Assembly: GCF_009914755.1 (NCBI RefSeq)
Contig: NC_060927.1
DNA: 64,000 bases
Strand: one strand, 5' to 3'
DNA from: the human T2T-CHM13v2.0 reference genome, Homo sapiens
The notes under the pieces were generated by a model. That model was not told the DNA's origin. It worked only from the letters and a program-made list of their open reading frames with translations, and made no database searches. Shown in pieces: positions 1 to 17,467 of this stretch (within the stretch, counting starts at the first letter, position 1; the number at the start of each line of letters is the position of its first letter). The position numbers and the translations under genes are program-made.

Positions 1-3345
<3,345 letters not shown>

Positions 3346-3640
3346 AAACCATCATTCTGAGCAAACTATCGCAAGGACAAAAAACCAAACACCACATGTT
3401 CTCACTCATAGGTGGGAATTGAACAATGAGAACACAAGGACATAGGAAGGGGAACATCACACACCGGGGACTGTCGTGGGGTGGGGGGAGAGTGGAGGGA
3501 TAGCATTAGGAGATATACCTAATGTTAAATGATGAGTTAATGGGTGCAGCATACCAACATGGCACATGTATACATATGTAACAAACTTGCACGTTGTGCA
3601 CATGTACCCTAAAACTTTAAGTATAATAAAAAAAAAACAA
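3346..3640 (+). mobile_element. Second L1 3' end (L1PA4/L1PA5-like) with poly(A)
   Basis: aaaccatcattctgagcaaactatcgcaaggac...gtaccctaaaactttaagtataataaaaaaaaa repeats the terminal ~290 nt of L1 with different diagnostic bases. Confidence 0.93.
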
Positions 3641-5041
3641 ACTCATGACTTCTATTAGGGATTTACCATTACAGTTTTCATTTTTAGAGAGTTGTTTCTT
3701 AAGGACAAAAAAAAAAACCATTTTACAAGGATGGTTACTCCACCTAAGTTTTCTAGAATGCAAAGCCTGAGGCAAAATTTACATGCCACCGCTGAATTGG
3801 GGTATGCAATTTTAGGACTGGAACAGTGGGGAAAGGGAAGTGAGGAAGAAACAGGTGGAAAAGCAAATACAAAGTGATACATGACCATGCTGGCCACAGC
3901 TTGCCAGAAAGCACAGCTGGTTGGTTGGTCATGCAAGGCTTTTCTTGAGAGACAAAAAGAATCATTGCTCTGAGGCCCAATGTGCTTGGGAGTGGTAGGG
4001 AGAGAAACCATGAGGAAGTTATCTAGTGGCTTCTTCCTTTGTCTTTTTTCCTGGTCAAATTTTGCTCCATAAGGCATTAACTCCCCTGCACTTCTAGACT
4101 GTGATACTGTATCCTTCCAGGACACTGATGGTGAGAATAGATCCTACTTTCCACAGGGCAGGGTGTTACCTGGGCCCAACAGTGGTGGAAATGTGAGTCC
4201 ACTTAGGTGGACTGAGTGCTGTGGTCCTCCCTGTGGCAAGAGTGATGGGGACCGTGCCAAAGCCCAGCCCTAGTCCCACAGAAGACAGAGGCAGCCACCA
4301 ATGTATGGAGACAGTGGCCAAGCAGCCAAAGTCCAGAGCCAAGTAGGTCCAAGTATATCCAAGGAAGCACAGACACAAGGTTCACTACAAATGATATGGA
4401 TTGCCTAGCTGAGTTAGAGACCACCGTAACTCCAATGGTAACACTTATGTTGGGCTCACAGTCAGAAGATCTGACCCAAGGCAGGTTTGACTGCAATACA
4501 CCTTCTCTTTTCTCTGGGTCTCCATTTGTTTATTTGCATACTAATAAAATTGGATAAGAGAAGAGACTGAAAAGTCAAATGCTTACAGTGACCAGACAAT
4601 AAATACAAATTGAAGGATTGGCTACCTCTGAATGTGTTAGGCTGGAGATGGAGTAAACTTGAGTGAATGTTTACATGAAGAGGGCAGCCTTACATAGCTG
4701 CAGCTCCTGATGGGAACATGGACTTAGTTTTGCCAAATATGCAGTCCTTTTTAAGGGGAGAAGCTGGAAGTCTGCATTTTCATGAGATGTATCCATATTT
4801 ATAAATGTTTGTTCAATTTTTTGGAAAACACTGTATGAGCCAAGCAAAATACATCTGTCAGCCACTTGGACCACCAGTTGGTCATCTCTCACCTAGATGA
4901 TCTCAAAGATTCTTTAGCCTTCACATTCCCCAAAGTGTAATATCCTTTTCATGGTTTTCCCTGCCAGATGATACTTTTTTAAGTGCTTACTGTGTACTGG
5001 AATTGTGTGAGCACTTTACATAGGTTATCTCATTTAATCTT

Positions 5042-5545
5042 TATGCTAATTAAAATTGCTGCATAATGAACCGTTCTAAAACTTAGTGACTGAACACAAC
5101 AACAGTCATTTATTTAGCTCATGAATTTTGGGCAGCAATCAACAGAGGAGGCTCACGTCTGTTCCACATGGTGTCAGTTGGGGCAGCTTTACCAAGGATA
5201 GAGGATCCATTTCCAAGAAGTCACACTTCCAAAGTTGGTGAGTTGGTGCTGGCTGCCAGCCAGTAGCTTGGCCACAGCTGAGGGCAAGGGCACCAGATAC
5301 TTTTCCTGGTTTCACCATGAGCATCTAGGACTTCTTCTTACCATGGCTGTGCAGTGGGTTTCCTAGAAAAAGCATCTTAAGATATAGCAAGTGGGAGCTG
5401 CCATTTCTTAAGAGCCTAGAAACTGCCCAAGATATGCCATTGGTGAAGTAGTCACAGAGCCCAGATTAAATAGGAAAAGAAATCAGCTGCACTTCCTGAT
5501 GGGAAGTGTCATACAATTTTGGGGCCGTGTTCCAAAACTGCCACA
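5042..5545 (-). mobile_element. MaLR LTR (MLT1-type) inserted into a MIR
   Basis: ctaaaacttagtgactgaacacaacaacagtcatttatttagctcatg...aaaactgccaca. MIR halves at ~4975-5041 and ~5546-5700. TCTT on both sides resembles a target site duplication (TSD). Confidence 0.75.
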
Positions 5546-6247
5546 TCTTTGAACAATCACAGTACTGGCTATTAATACATCCCAATATTACAAACAAGGC
5601 AACTGACACAGAGAGGGACTAAGTAATTTACCCAAAGTCACACAGCCCTTACATGTCATCTAAGGCCTAAGTCTGGGTCTTTCTGTCTCCACAAAGCCCA
5701 GGCTCCGGTGATTCTGCTGTTCTATGTCTTCTTGTGATTAGTGTATATAAAACTCCACATAGTTCAGAATGTATAGCATGGATTTGCTGCCTGAGGGTAA
5801 AGAACCCAGGGGTTCCATACATTGAGAAAAATATAGGTAAAGATTCTATCTGATATTGGGTAGATTAAAAAAAGTGAAGAAGCTCAGTAATCTGCCAAAG
5901 AAACAGTGAAAAGATTAGCAGATCGGTGATGAATATGATGCCTGAATTTAAGCGAAACAATAATATACCTGAAAGGCACTCTTACAAGCCTGTTTGAAAA
6001 AAAAAATCATTTCAAATAGAGATGCACATATCTATTAAGCATGCAGAGAAACTCCTCGAGCTTTTAAGAGAGAAAGTGCTCTATATGAAGGGCAATTTTA
6101 TTATAAACGGAAACAACTCCTATCAGCACATAGCAGGCATATGTGTGTATTTTTAAAATTGTGTCTCCAGAACTAAATGTTCAATAGGGCCTAATATTTT
6201 TGTTTTCCGTGAAGTAAGTGGTAGCCTGACATTCAACAGAAATTCGG

Positions 6248-6635
6248 TATATTAGTTAGTTCTCACACTGCTATGAGGAAATACCCCAGACTGGGTAATT
6301 TATAAAGGAAAGAGGTTCAATTGACTCACAGTTCTGCATGGCTGTGGAGGCCTCAGGAAACTTACAATCGTAGCGGAAGGCAAAGGAGAGGCAGGCACTT
6401 TCCTCACAGGGTGGAAGGACGGAGTGAGGGCAAGCCGGGGAAATTCCAGACGCTTATAAAACCGTCAGATCTCCCGAGACTCACTATCACGATAACAGCA
6501 TGGGGGAAACAGCTGATTCTCAGAATCATGGGGGGGAGCCATGATTCAATTGCTTCCACCTGGTCCCGCCCTTGACACGTGGGGATTATGGGGATTAAAA
6601 TGAGATTTAGGTGGGGACACAGCCGAACCATATCA
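6248..6635 (-). mobile_element. THE1/MST-family MaLR solo LTR (THE1C/D-like)
   Basis: tatattagttagttctcacactgctatgagg...gactgggtaatttataaaggaaagagg...gggacacagccgaaccatatca. Degenerate 5-bp TSD TTCGG/CTCAG. Confidence 0.92.
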
Positions 6636-6844
6636 CTCAGTTCTACCCTATGAGAATAGCCCTTGCTCTCTAAAAGAAAATAAAAAACAGTTTAAAATTC
6701 TGTAGCGTGCAGGCACATTACTGGCTTTTGATTGAACACATTTCTTCCAAGAAAGAAGATATATGAGTCTTTCAAAACTATAGAAATAATTTAAATGTGT
6801 TTTTAAGTATACAGTATTAGTGGCAATTTGGTTTCTAATGACAT

Positions 6845-6846
<2 letters not shown>

Positions 6847-6883
<37 letters not shown>

Positions 6884-7167
6884 CTGAGATGGAGTCTCAA
6901 TCTGTGGCCCAGGATGGAGTGCAGTGGCACAATCTTGGCTCAATGCAAACTCCGCCTCCCGGGCTCAAGTGATTCTTCTGCCCCAGCCTCCCGAGTGGCT
7001 GACATTACAGGCAACTGCCACCATGCCTAGCTAATTTTTGTATTTTTAGTAGAGACGGGATTTCACCATGTTGGCCAGGCTGGTCTCGAATTCCTGACCT
7101 CAAGTGATCCACCTGCCTCAACTTCCCAAAATGTTGGGATTACAGGCGTGAGCCACTGCGCCCAGTC
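6847..7167 (-). mobile_element. AluS element
   Basis: Poly(T), then full dimeric Alu reverse complement. TSD AATG(A/G)CATTC on both sides. Confidence 0.97.
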
Positions 7168-7955
7168 AATGGCATTCTTTAAGTTTGAAATGTATACCTT
7201 TTAACAAAAGATATACATTAACAAAAACAAACAAAACCTTTCCTCCTTCTTTAGCTTTAAGAAACAATATAAGGACAAGTTTTATTTTCTAGTAATAAAA
7301 ATATATGCTTTCATAATGTTCCATACACTAGAATGTAGGAAGCAGGAAAATTTATTCATCACTAGACTTTCACATTCCATGTGGGCTGTGAATATCACCA
7401 CTGTTGTCCTAATACCTAGTGAAGTGTTTATGTTGAGTAGACATTCAATAAACCATTATTGAATGAATGAGATTTTTCATTTGTTTTAAGAAATGATATT
7501 TAGACATATAGTCCATGTCCACTTAATGGATTTAAAGTGGATGCATCAATATTTAATATTGCGTTTTACCTCACTTCCCTTATTTGCTATAGAGCAGGAA
7601 GAGTATTAAACATCATCTCTCCTAAATTTTTTCTACAAGTGAAAAAATTGATTCTAGAAACACAGACTCTAGCAAACCTGGCCAAAGTTCACAGATGCTG
7701 CAAAGATCCAAACCAGGTAACTCCCAATCCAAGTGAACAAAATAATACTCATTGCTGATGTGAAAGGGAAACAAACCAAAGTGTGCACATGTTCCCTAAC
7801 TAGAAGTTGGCACAGGAAAGAGAAGAAGTTATAAACTAGTTTAATTATTTCTGATTTCTTTTTCTATTTTTTTTTTTAGCACCATTGCCCTGTTACTATT
7901 TTCACTATTGTTACATTGCCTATTTGACTTAGAACATTCAAATGTTGAAAACTCA

Positions 7956-8352
<397 letters not shown>

Positions 8353-9974
8353 CACAAAAATAAAGTCGTGTTGTTGTAGCATCCGCATGTGTCTCACTTG
8401 TCAACATGCTGGTTATATTTATGGAGGCTCACTCAGGGCTGGCTTCTCCACGAGACCCAGTAGCCATGGTGCCGGGAGTCCATGGTACTCTTAGGGAATT
8501 ATTAAGATATTTTCATTTTGTAAGTCCAAAGGAAAAAAAATGAATGTAATCAGCTTGGGTTATATTCATCTTTATTACCAATACAGTCAAAAAATGCAAC
8601 TGTTAATATAATTTTGTGGAGATAGGCCTTATGAAAGTCATAATGTGGCCCTGGGATTTTCTTGGGTGCTTTAAGAACTGATGTGCAAAGTTACAGAAGT
8701 GCACTGAGCTCGTTGAGAACCTATAGGCATAAAAATGGAGCTCAATGTGTGTCCCCAGAAGTTGGAAAAAGTGAGCTGATGTTTGAAAATGTATCAGGTT
8801 AACTAATGGTGGACTAATCAAAGGAGAGTTGGAAAGTCTGAGTGACTTGCTCTCTCAGTTTGTTGGGGAAAAGGATACATGAGTTTTTCCCACCAACCAC
8901 CATGGGCCACATGTCAAGGAACCATCTTGGGTCCTCTTAGGTTCTGCCTTAAAGGGCTTTCCTGGAGTGTGAATAGGACCTCAAAAGAAGAGAACCTGAG
9001 GGGACTTCCAGCTGCAGAAGGAGTAAGTGAACCGTGAAGCAGAATAACCTTTGCTGAAGTCAAAGAGGGGCAGGTAAGTGGTCCCCAATAGTGGAAGTTG
9101 AGAGCATCTTTCTGAATAAGAGAAAATCTTTTAGGATGGGAAAGGATGGAGCCAATTTATGACAGTGTCAATCAACTAAGGGCCCTCCTGCTCCACCACC
9201 CCTTCTTTATTCCTATCAGAAGCTGTTAGTTAAGAGGGACAGGAAGAGACACCAGGAGAGAAAGAAGCAAATCCCAGCATCTTCTACTATGTGCAGGCTT
9301 CTTGCCTCCATTAGGCCCTGGCTGCAGAATAGGGGAAGATTTAACTTCCAATCAGTTTTGCAATGTTGATTATTATATAGGACTGAGAATTACACATTTT
9401 AGATTCATGATCATTTTAAATGACCGTACACCTTTTTATTAAGGCAGTAATCAAGAGTCATGCCTGAGGTTTTTTTCAGGAGCCTGAGGAAACTTCCCTC
9501 CCTGAGTCCCCTGCTAAATAAATTTTGAAAGAATTATGGAAGTCTGAAAAAAAGCAACTTGTTCAGTATCACTAATTTCAGCAAAAATAGAAATATTTTA
9601 AAACAGTTCATAACTTCAGACATGGTTTCACAAATTCAGATTTCCAGTCACTTGAATATTCATTGTTTCACACTGTGGAATAATTGCTCTTAATGGAAAA
9701 AAGCAAGCAAAATGAGCACAGAATTTAACTTATGATTCTGTGTGCCAAGGTGTAAGTGAGAGGGGAAGTCCCCAAAGACAGCCTTTATTAAAGATTCATT
9801 GATTACATGCCATCCAGACAATAAAAGGAAAGTCCTAGATGACATGAGGAAATCATTAGGTTATGTTGTGGATAGCTGATCAAATCAATTGATCCACTGT
9901 TGATACATACAGCATATGTGTTTAATTGTGATAACTTCTGTTTCTATTTAAATATTTATAGAAAATATGGAAAA

Positions 9975-10405
9975 CAGTTGACCCTTGAATAACATGTGGG
10001 TTAGGAGTATTGACCCCCCACCAAAACTCATGTATGACTTTTGACTCCCTGAAACATAACTACTAATAGCCTGCTGTTGACCGGAAGCCTTACCGGCAGC
10101 ATAAACAATCTATTAACACAAATTTGTATGTTAAATATATAATATACTCTATTCTTACAATGAAGTAAGCTAGAGAAAGGAAAATATTATTAAGAAAATC
10201 ACAAAGAAGGGAAATACATTTACTATAAGTAGACGTGGATCATCATAAAGGTTTTCATCCTTGTCTTCTTCATGTTGAGTAAGCTGAAGGAGGAGGAGGA
10301 AGAGGAGGGGTTGATCTTGCTGTCTCAGGGGTGGTGGAGGTGGAAGAAAATCCACATGTACAATAACTCACACAGTTCAAACCCATGTTACTCAAGGATC
10401 AACTG
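9975..10405. mobile_element. Tigger2a-like non-autonomous DNA transposon
   Basis: Terminal inverted repeats CAGTTGACCCTTGA ... TCAAGGATCAACTG followed by TA; internal gaggaggaggaagaggagggg. Confidence 0.88.
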
Positions 10406-10830
10406 TATTTTGAAAATTTAGAAAACTTAATATCAAACTTATTTTATTACAAGGAAGTTTATGGAATTATTTGGCACTGAAAGTGAATTTTCCAATTGTA
10501 CTATCTTTTGACATTTTTGCACTGTGCGAATGCTAGAAATTTATTTCAATTTCTAGGTAATTTTACTCACAGGAAATATTTGTGAAGAGACTTTTGTTAT
10601 AATTTCAATAGTAAGAAATCACTGAGAAACCATTATATATTTAAGTATCCCTCATATTTATTTCCTCAATTATGATATAGGCATAAATTCTATTTTCCTA
10701 ATAACATAAGTATATAATTTGCTTATGAATAAAAAAATTATTCTCACAAATGCTTGACCATGGAAAGGTGGGTGTGGGAGTTCAAGTTGAAACAAATATG
10801 TGTACAACTGCTTCTAAGAAATGAAGACCA

Positions 10831-11125
10831 GGCCAAGTGCAGTGGCTCACGCCTGTAATTTCAGCACTTTGGGAGGCCAAGGTGGGTGGATCACTAGAGG
10901 CCAGGAGTTCAAGACCAACCTGGCCAAAAGGGTGAAACCCCATCTCTACTAAAAACACAAAAATTAGCTTGGCGTGGTGGTAGGCACCTATAATCCCAGC
11001 TACTTGGGAGGCTGAGGCAGGAGAATCACTTGAACCCAGGAGGCAGAGGTTTCAGTGAGCCACTGCACTCTACCCTGGGCAACAGAGTGAGACTCCATCT
11101 CAAAAAAGGAGAAAAAAAAAAGGAA
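10831..11125 (+). mobile_element. AluS element with small right-arm deletion
   Basis: Dimeric Alu with a perfect 15-bp TSD AAGAAATGAAGACCA (10816-10830 and 11126-11140). Confidence 0.97.
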
Positions 11126-12473
11126 AAGAAATGAAGACCAATCCTAGAATTTATGTAACAGCCACTCCTCTTTGGCTCTTTTAATGTGATTATTGTTATT
11201 AGCCCCAATTGTGTCTCAGATGAAAAGGAATTTAAAAATATTTGCTCATAGAAACACTGCTAGGTAAGCCTTTTGTAAGGACATTCTGTACCACAAATAT
11301 CTACCTACTGCTCTACACAGAACCGATATTCTAAGCACTCCATATTGTATTTCATCCTATTTCATCTTATTCAAACTGAGTTTGTTGCATTCTACATTTA
11401 TTGGCCACCTAATATGTGCCAGACACTGAGCTTAGCAACTAATGGGCTGCAAATATAAGTAGTCCATATTTTCTACCTTCAAGGAGATCATTTATTCATT
11501 CAACAAACATTTTCTCTGTGCCTATTATGTGCCAGATTTCTTATGGGAGTTGGAGGTACCTAATTTAATCTAGAGCATTAGGTAAGGCTTCTAAGATTAG
11601 AAACAGACACTAAATTAAGATAACTGTAGTAAAACCAGAGGATTATAAATGCTTAAATAATATTTTCAAATACAAAGAGCATAGGATAAAAATGACTAAA
11701 GAAGGTAGAAATCTGGACAAAGCAGATGCCATTTGAACTGAGCATTGAGGGGCTTTGTATTAGGGGATAGTCTAAAGTACTCTCGGAACCAAAAAACCAA
11801 TTCCAAAACATAATAGCATGAACAAAGTACTGCCTTATTACAAATACAGTGTCAGATAAACCTATGGACCACCAGACATGACTTTCATCTTTGGCTCCAA
11901 GGTGGCTGCTCTTGCTCCCCAGCTATCAGGGAGTGAGAATAGCTCTAAGATAAAACAAGCACTCCTTAAGATATTTTGAAAACAAAATGAAAACAATGCA
12001 TTTCTTAAGATCAAATGATTTTGCAAAAATCATCCATAGTAAGATTAAAATAAATCAAACCAAGGGACATACACCGATTGAGAATGTGGGTGAACCAGTT
12101 CCCTAATATTTAATTAGGCAGTTGGGACTGACTGGTAGCTAAATAAAAGCCTCATCAATATCTTCAGATTCCAGTTGTGATCTGAGAGATGTATATTTTA
12201 TACTTTGTACAGTTAGAAGGTATAAAATTTGTTCAAATTCTTGAGAAATATTGACTTCATACTTGGCTTGGTTTTTAGTTGTATGAATGTGGGCTGGTAA
12301 TTTAACTTATCTATGCTTCAGTTCCATTATTTATAAGATGTGGATAATAATAACTACTTCATAGTGTTATAAGGAGCTTATCACAGTGCCTGGCATGTAG
12401 TAAATTCTGAATAAAAGTGAGTTACAATGAGACTGTTGATAATATCTTTTGATCATGGTTTAGAGAAAAAATT

Positions 12474-12592
12474 CTCTCCCTTCTTTCCTTCCTTCTTCCT
12501 TCCTTCCTTCCTTTTCTTTCCTTCCTTCCTTCCTTCCTTCTTTCTTTCCTTCCTTCCTTCTTTTCTTCCTTCCTTTCTACCTTCTCTCTTTT
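12474..12592 (+). repeat. (CCTT/CTTT)n polypyrimidine simple repeat
   Basis: Directly visible; explains spurious ORF 12427-12645. Confidence 0.95.
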
Positions 12593-13699
12593 TAAGTGTT
12601 TATCATTTTAATCTGTTTTCTATTTCTGGCGAAGAACCTATGTAATTGTACCTTTCTTCTGAGTACTATTTGCCAAGCAGGTGTAAAACTGCAGTGCAAT
12701 ATAATTTAGTAAAAACCTAATTTTAGGTATTGGATTCATGCGTCTTCTCTGTGTGTGGGTGGATTAGGCAGTATCCTCACGTTAGCCCAGCTATGTGAAA
12801 GAACTTAGGCAGGCAGAGATTATAACCATGAGTGCCAAAGGAGTCCATTTTCTAATATCTTCATATTTAAATTAAGGTGAATTTTACTTTTCTTAAAGGT
12901 TTAGGTTAGGAAGGAATAAGGAAATGATCCTTTTAATTGCTGAGCAGGGTAAGGTTTTCTTTTACCTCATTCAGAGCAGATGCAAAAACTATTTTGTCAT
13001 ATTAAAGTGCAAGGTCTAAAGACTGGAGAATATAATAAAGTGAATGCATGCAGTATACTTTGGATTACATACTTTTGTTAAGTATATGGTAGAATCCATT
13101 GATCTTTCCTATCTTCATCATCTATATGTTTTACATATATAAATATATCTTCCCTAAAACAGAAGTAAAATTATTAGAGATTGTACATATTGCAAAGCAA
13201 AACTCATTTTAAGAAAAGCATAAAAAACTCTGCCAAAGCTCAACTTATAATCATCAGGGAAATAAAAAAATATGCTGTATTATATAATCCTAGGATTATA
13301 TGTATTTCATTTATATAGCATCTATATATATCTATATATTTAATCTATAGTTTTAGGATTATCCAATAATGTATGTGTATGTGTATCCGTACATCCCCCA
13401 AAAGAATGTTTTGAATGACCAAATATTCTTGCTAACCTCCAAGGAAAATTCCCAGATCAACTGATGGCCTAGGGGTTCAAAGAGAAAGGAAGAAAAGAGA
13501 ATTGGGGGAACAAGTAAGAAATGAGAATTTTGAAAGAAGGAAAGAAAAGACAATAAATGACTTCTTAAAAGTATATGTTGTCAGTAGTGATGTTTGATAA
13601 CCACACAGGGTGTTAATATCATAGACCATCTCCTTTCCATTGCTGTCGGTCATATTTCTTAGACTTTTAGTAGATGTCTACATTAACTCATCTGCTGCC

Positions 13700-13920
13700 A
13701 GATATTTTTCTGGGTACCTTACTTGCATTAACTCATTCATTCCTTTTTGCTAAGTGATGGAGTTGGTAAAAATTATTACCTCCGTTTTACAGATAAGGAA
13801 ACTGAACGACAAGAGGGTGGTGACTTCCCAAGGTCATACAACTAGGAAATGATAGAGCCAGGATATGATGAACTCAGCTGAACTGACTCTAGGACTTGTG
13901 TCAACACCTTTATGCTAGAC
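13700..13920 (-). mobile_element. MIR SINE
   Basis: Core ttttacagataaggaaactgaa...cccaaggtcatacaactagg...agagccagga. Confidence 0.85.
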
Positions 13921-14001
13921 TGTTTCCTTGGGATGAAGACTAGGCAAGATGCCTCCATTCTTTGGGCTTTGTTTACATCACTCAAAAATTGCAGTGTCTG
14001 G

Positions 14002-14439
14002 TGTTAAAACTGACCCAATCGTTCCATGGGCATTTTTTTTTTTTTTTTTGGATAAACATAGAAATTGTCCCTTGTGGTCTTAAAGCTTGAAAGTAACACT
14101 TGTTTTATCTAGGTTTCTTCCTCAGGAAATGATCCACAGGCCTCTCAATAAAAGTATCAAATAATTGAAACTCACCAGATCACTGCATCCAGACAATGAA
14201 ATGCCATACCTTCATTCCTCTGTCCTTATCCCTCCCTGGTTTCTGTTTTCCCACACATAGCTTTGTTTCTTCCCTGCTATATAAATGGTCAGGGGTATGG
14301 ATTTGAGACTAATCTCACATCTCTTTGGCTGCAGCACCAGATTAAAGCCTTCTTCCTTGGCATACTCATTGTCTCAGTGATTGGCTTTTTGTGTGGCAAG
14401 CAGCAGGACCTGGACCAAACCTCTGGTGTTTTGGTAACA
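14002..14439 (+). mobile_element. ERV solo LTR (LTR47/MER72-like)
   Basis: TG...CA termini; ggataaacatagaaattg...ggtcttaaagcttgaaa; TATA (ctatataaa ~14277) and ATTAAA (14341). Confidence 0.75.
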
Positions 14440-15763
14440 ATGTGAGACTAACTCAAAGATGTTGTGCTTCATGAATCTGCAAAAACATGGGAGTGATCTC
14501 AGGAGAATGTTAAAAATGATGAGCATTTTGGAAATACACAGCTAATGATGAAAGATAAAAATTACAATGATTGAGCATTTGAGAAGGGGGAAGAGATTTT
14601 TTTCTAATTGTGTTCTAGTACGTTCCTGGAATACTAGCAGTAGTTGTAGAAAATGGTGCCCATCTTTACTTCAGTTCTACAGAGAAATTTTGTTTATGTT
14701 TCGGCAAGAAAAATATTTTTGCCTAAAGCTTGTGACATTTTCAAAATTGCAATGAAAACTGCAAATCATCTTTTTCTTGGAAAGTTGCGGGAGTAGGAGG
14801 AAAATCCTGACTCTGCTGTTTACTCTCTATAAGACCTTAGTTGAGATTTTTAGTCTCTTTGAACTGTGTTTTCTCATCTGCATAATGGAAGTAACAGTAG
14901 TATATACTTACAAGGTTGATGAGGAAATTAAAGAATTTATGCCTATAGAGGCACTTAGCATTCTGTCCAGCATCTACTTAATATTAATACTTAATGTATT
15001 ATTAGAGCCCTTATTATAATTACTGTTGCTATTATTATTCTCTGGGGTCAATGGATCCAATCCTTTGGTGTTAGTTTTGGTCCTCTGATTTGCATGTATT
15101 CAAGCCTAACGTAACTTACAAAAATCTATTTCATTTGAAACAAATATGGAAACAGAAATAGTAAAAGCATTTTATAATTTAAGTTCACATTGGCCATCCA
15201 TATATGAATTTTTATATCAGTTGTATTTGTTAATTAAGAATGATCCTATTTGAATGCTAAGATTTTCATAAGAAGCCTATGAAATCTTATGATGTGATGA
15301 ACTTTTAAACTAAACAAACATGTATACATATTCTTGCATGTTTTTTTGCATCCATTTAAGACACAGGAACATAAGAAAGTAAAAATGCTTTATTTCATCT
15401 TTGGATTGAGAGATAATGCTATACTTATTCTAACATTAGAGTTTTTGAAAATATTTCCACACAATCTCCTGTCCTGTGTACCAGTGGCCCTATGCAAGAT
15501 CAAACACACAAACAAATAAACGCACAGGCATGCTATTGGCCTTTGCTTTCATATTCACTTACCTAAGGAAAGATTTGGAAATTTCAGGTTAGCAGCATGA
15601 GCAGAGAGTTAAATATACAACATTTTGACAGACTTCCACTCATTTCCATTATTTTAGATTTCATAACATACGGGTAGTGTTTCCTCCTGTATTAAGTTGC
15701 TGCAGATAAAGTTTTAAATTAGTTTTTTGTCTTTGTCACAAAAGACATGGGAATATGAAACCC

Positions 15764-16071
15764 AGGTATATTTTCCTATGAGAACAAGATTTAATTAGCC
15801 TGAATAATGCAAGTTCTTCTATTGCAGCTTGGTAGTTTGGTTTGTATAGTTTGACTCAAGATTAACCCTCTTTGAGATTCAAAATGGTTGGTTTTGTTAC
15901 TTGATTTTCATTTGCGAACAAGGTATATTTTCCTATGAGAACAAGATTTAATTTGCCTGAATAATGCAAGTTCTTCTATTGCAGATTGGTACTTTGGTTT
16001 GTATAGTTTGACTCAAGATTAACCCTCTTTGAGATTCAAAATGGTTGGTTTGTAACTTGATTCTCATTTGC
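15764..16071 (+). repeat. Two-copy tandem duplication, period 157 bp
   Basis: aggtatattttcctatgagaacaagatttaa...catttgc at 15764-15915 and 15921-16071, about 6 differences. Confidence 0.97.
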
Positions 16072-16218
16072 TGATTTAGCAAATGTTGAGCTTTACTAAA
16101 TTGGGCTGAATGTATTTCTTACTACAGTGTAAGCTTTGGGAAGACAGGAAACTTGGCAAGCTGTTTACAGTATCTAGAACAGTACCAGGGCACAATAGGC
16201 ACTCAGCCCTTACTTGCT

Positions 16219-16455
16219 GAAGTTTCTCTACCTTGGCACCATTGACATTTTCCAGATAATTCTTTGTTTTGAGTAACTGTCCTCTGAATTGTAGGATATT
16301 GAGCAGCATCTCTTGCTTCTGCCCTCTGGAAGCCAGTAGTGTCATCTCCATCCCCTGCCCCCACCTCGTTGTGACAATCAAAATGTCTCCAAACATTGTT
16401 ACATGTTTTCCAGTGGCGGGAAGGGCCCAAATCACCCTCTATTGAGAACCAGAGG
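16219..16455. mobile_element. MER20 (hAT-Charlie) DNA transposon
   Basis: ccttggcaccattgacatttt...gttgtgacaatcaaaatgtctccaaacattg...ttgagaacca. Confidence 0.88.
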
Positions 16456-17467
16456 ACTGCAGTAAATAAATGGATTGCCTTGGCATATCAAAGGAAGTAT
16501 TCATAGCTATGGGTCCCTGGCTCAAAACAAAAGAGAATTTGGAAATTATTTGATTTACATAATCAACACTGGCCACTAAAATGGATCATTTATGCCCCAC
16601 CAAAGTTAACTTTATCCTTCATCTATCATGATAGATTCATCATAGTAAGAGGGAAATTATCTTTCATCATCTTGGGGCAAAAGATAATGGGTCACCCTTA
16701 ACCACTGATAGTAATATTGTGGCAGTGTTTATATCATCTGTCCTATCTCCCCTAATCTAGTTCTTTAGGGAACCCAATGTTATTTCCAGGTCTGAATACA
16801 GAGGTTCTAACCCAAAGTCTACAAAATATTTAACATTGCAAATGTGATATGAAACTCTGGGTTATTTTGGTGATGCAGCTGTTGGAAGCTCATACATTTC
16901 TGGAATAGGAAAAGCATCCTCTGACAATGTGCAATTGTTGTCTAAGCTATTACACTGCCATTTGCCACAATTCTGACTTCCTTCACATGGTGTTTGGAGA
17001 ACTGGAAAAAAATATGCCACCATATTAGTCAGAAGGAACACTGGGTGTGAAGAGAGACCTGAGGGAATAGGCTCAGTAATCACACTTCCTCTGTGCCAAG
17101 TTTTCAATTCAAATAATCTGCAAGTAGGCAATATTTTAAATAAGTCTCTTTCCCTGTATAAAGAGATATAAATATGTAGATGACCTTAGGCATGTTACAT
17201 AGCCATGCTAAGGCTGGATATACTATCTAGAAAAGGGGAAATTATTATGATACTTAAATGATGTATATAAAGCACTTAGCACAATGCCTGGCAGGTAGCA
17301 GGAACTAAACTGGTAATAGGTATTACAATAATAATTATCGTTATTAAGCATATGGAGGAGATGTCATACCCTGTAAGCTGGTTGACTACCATGCAAAGAG
17401 GATGAACACAAGGACCATGAGATCATACGAACCTAGGGTGAAATTTTGGTTCGGCTACTTTACTAGC

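Noticed and set aside
3655-4496. 156-aa and 97-aa minus-strand ORFs
   Set aside because: No recognisable domain, non-ATG starts, and they overlap probable decayed LTR sequence.
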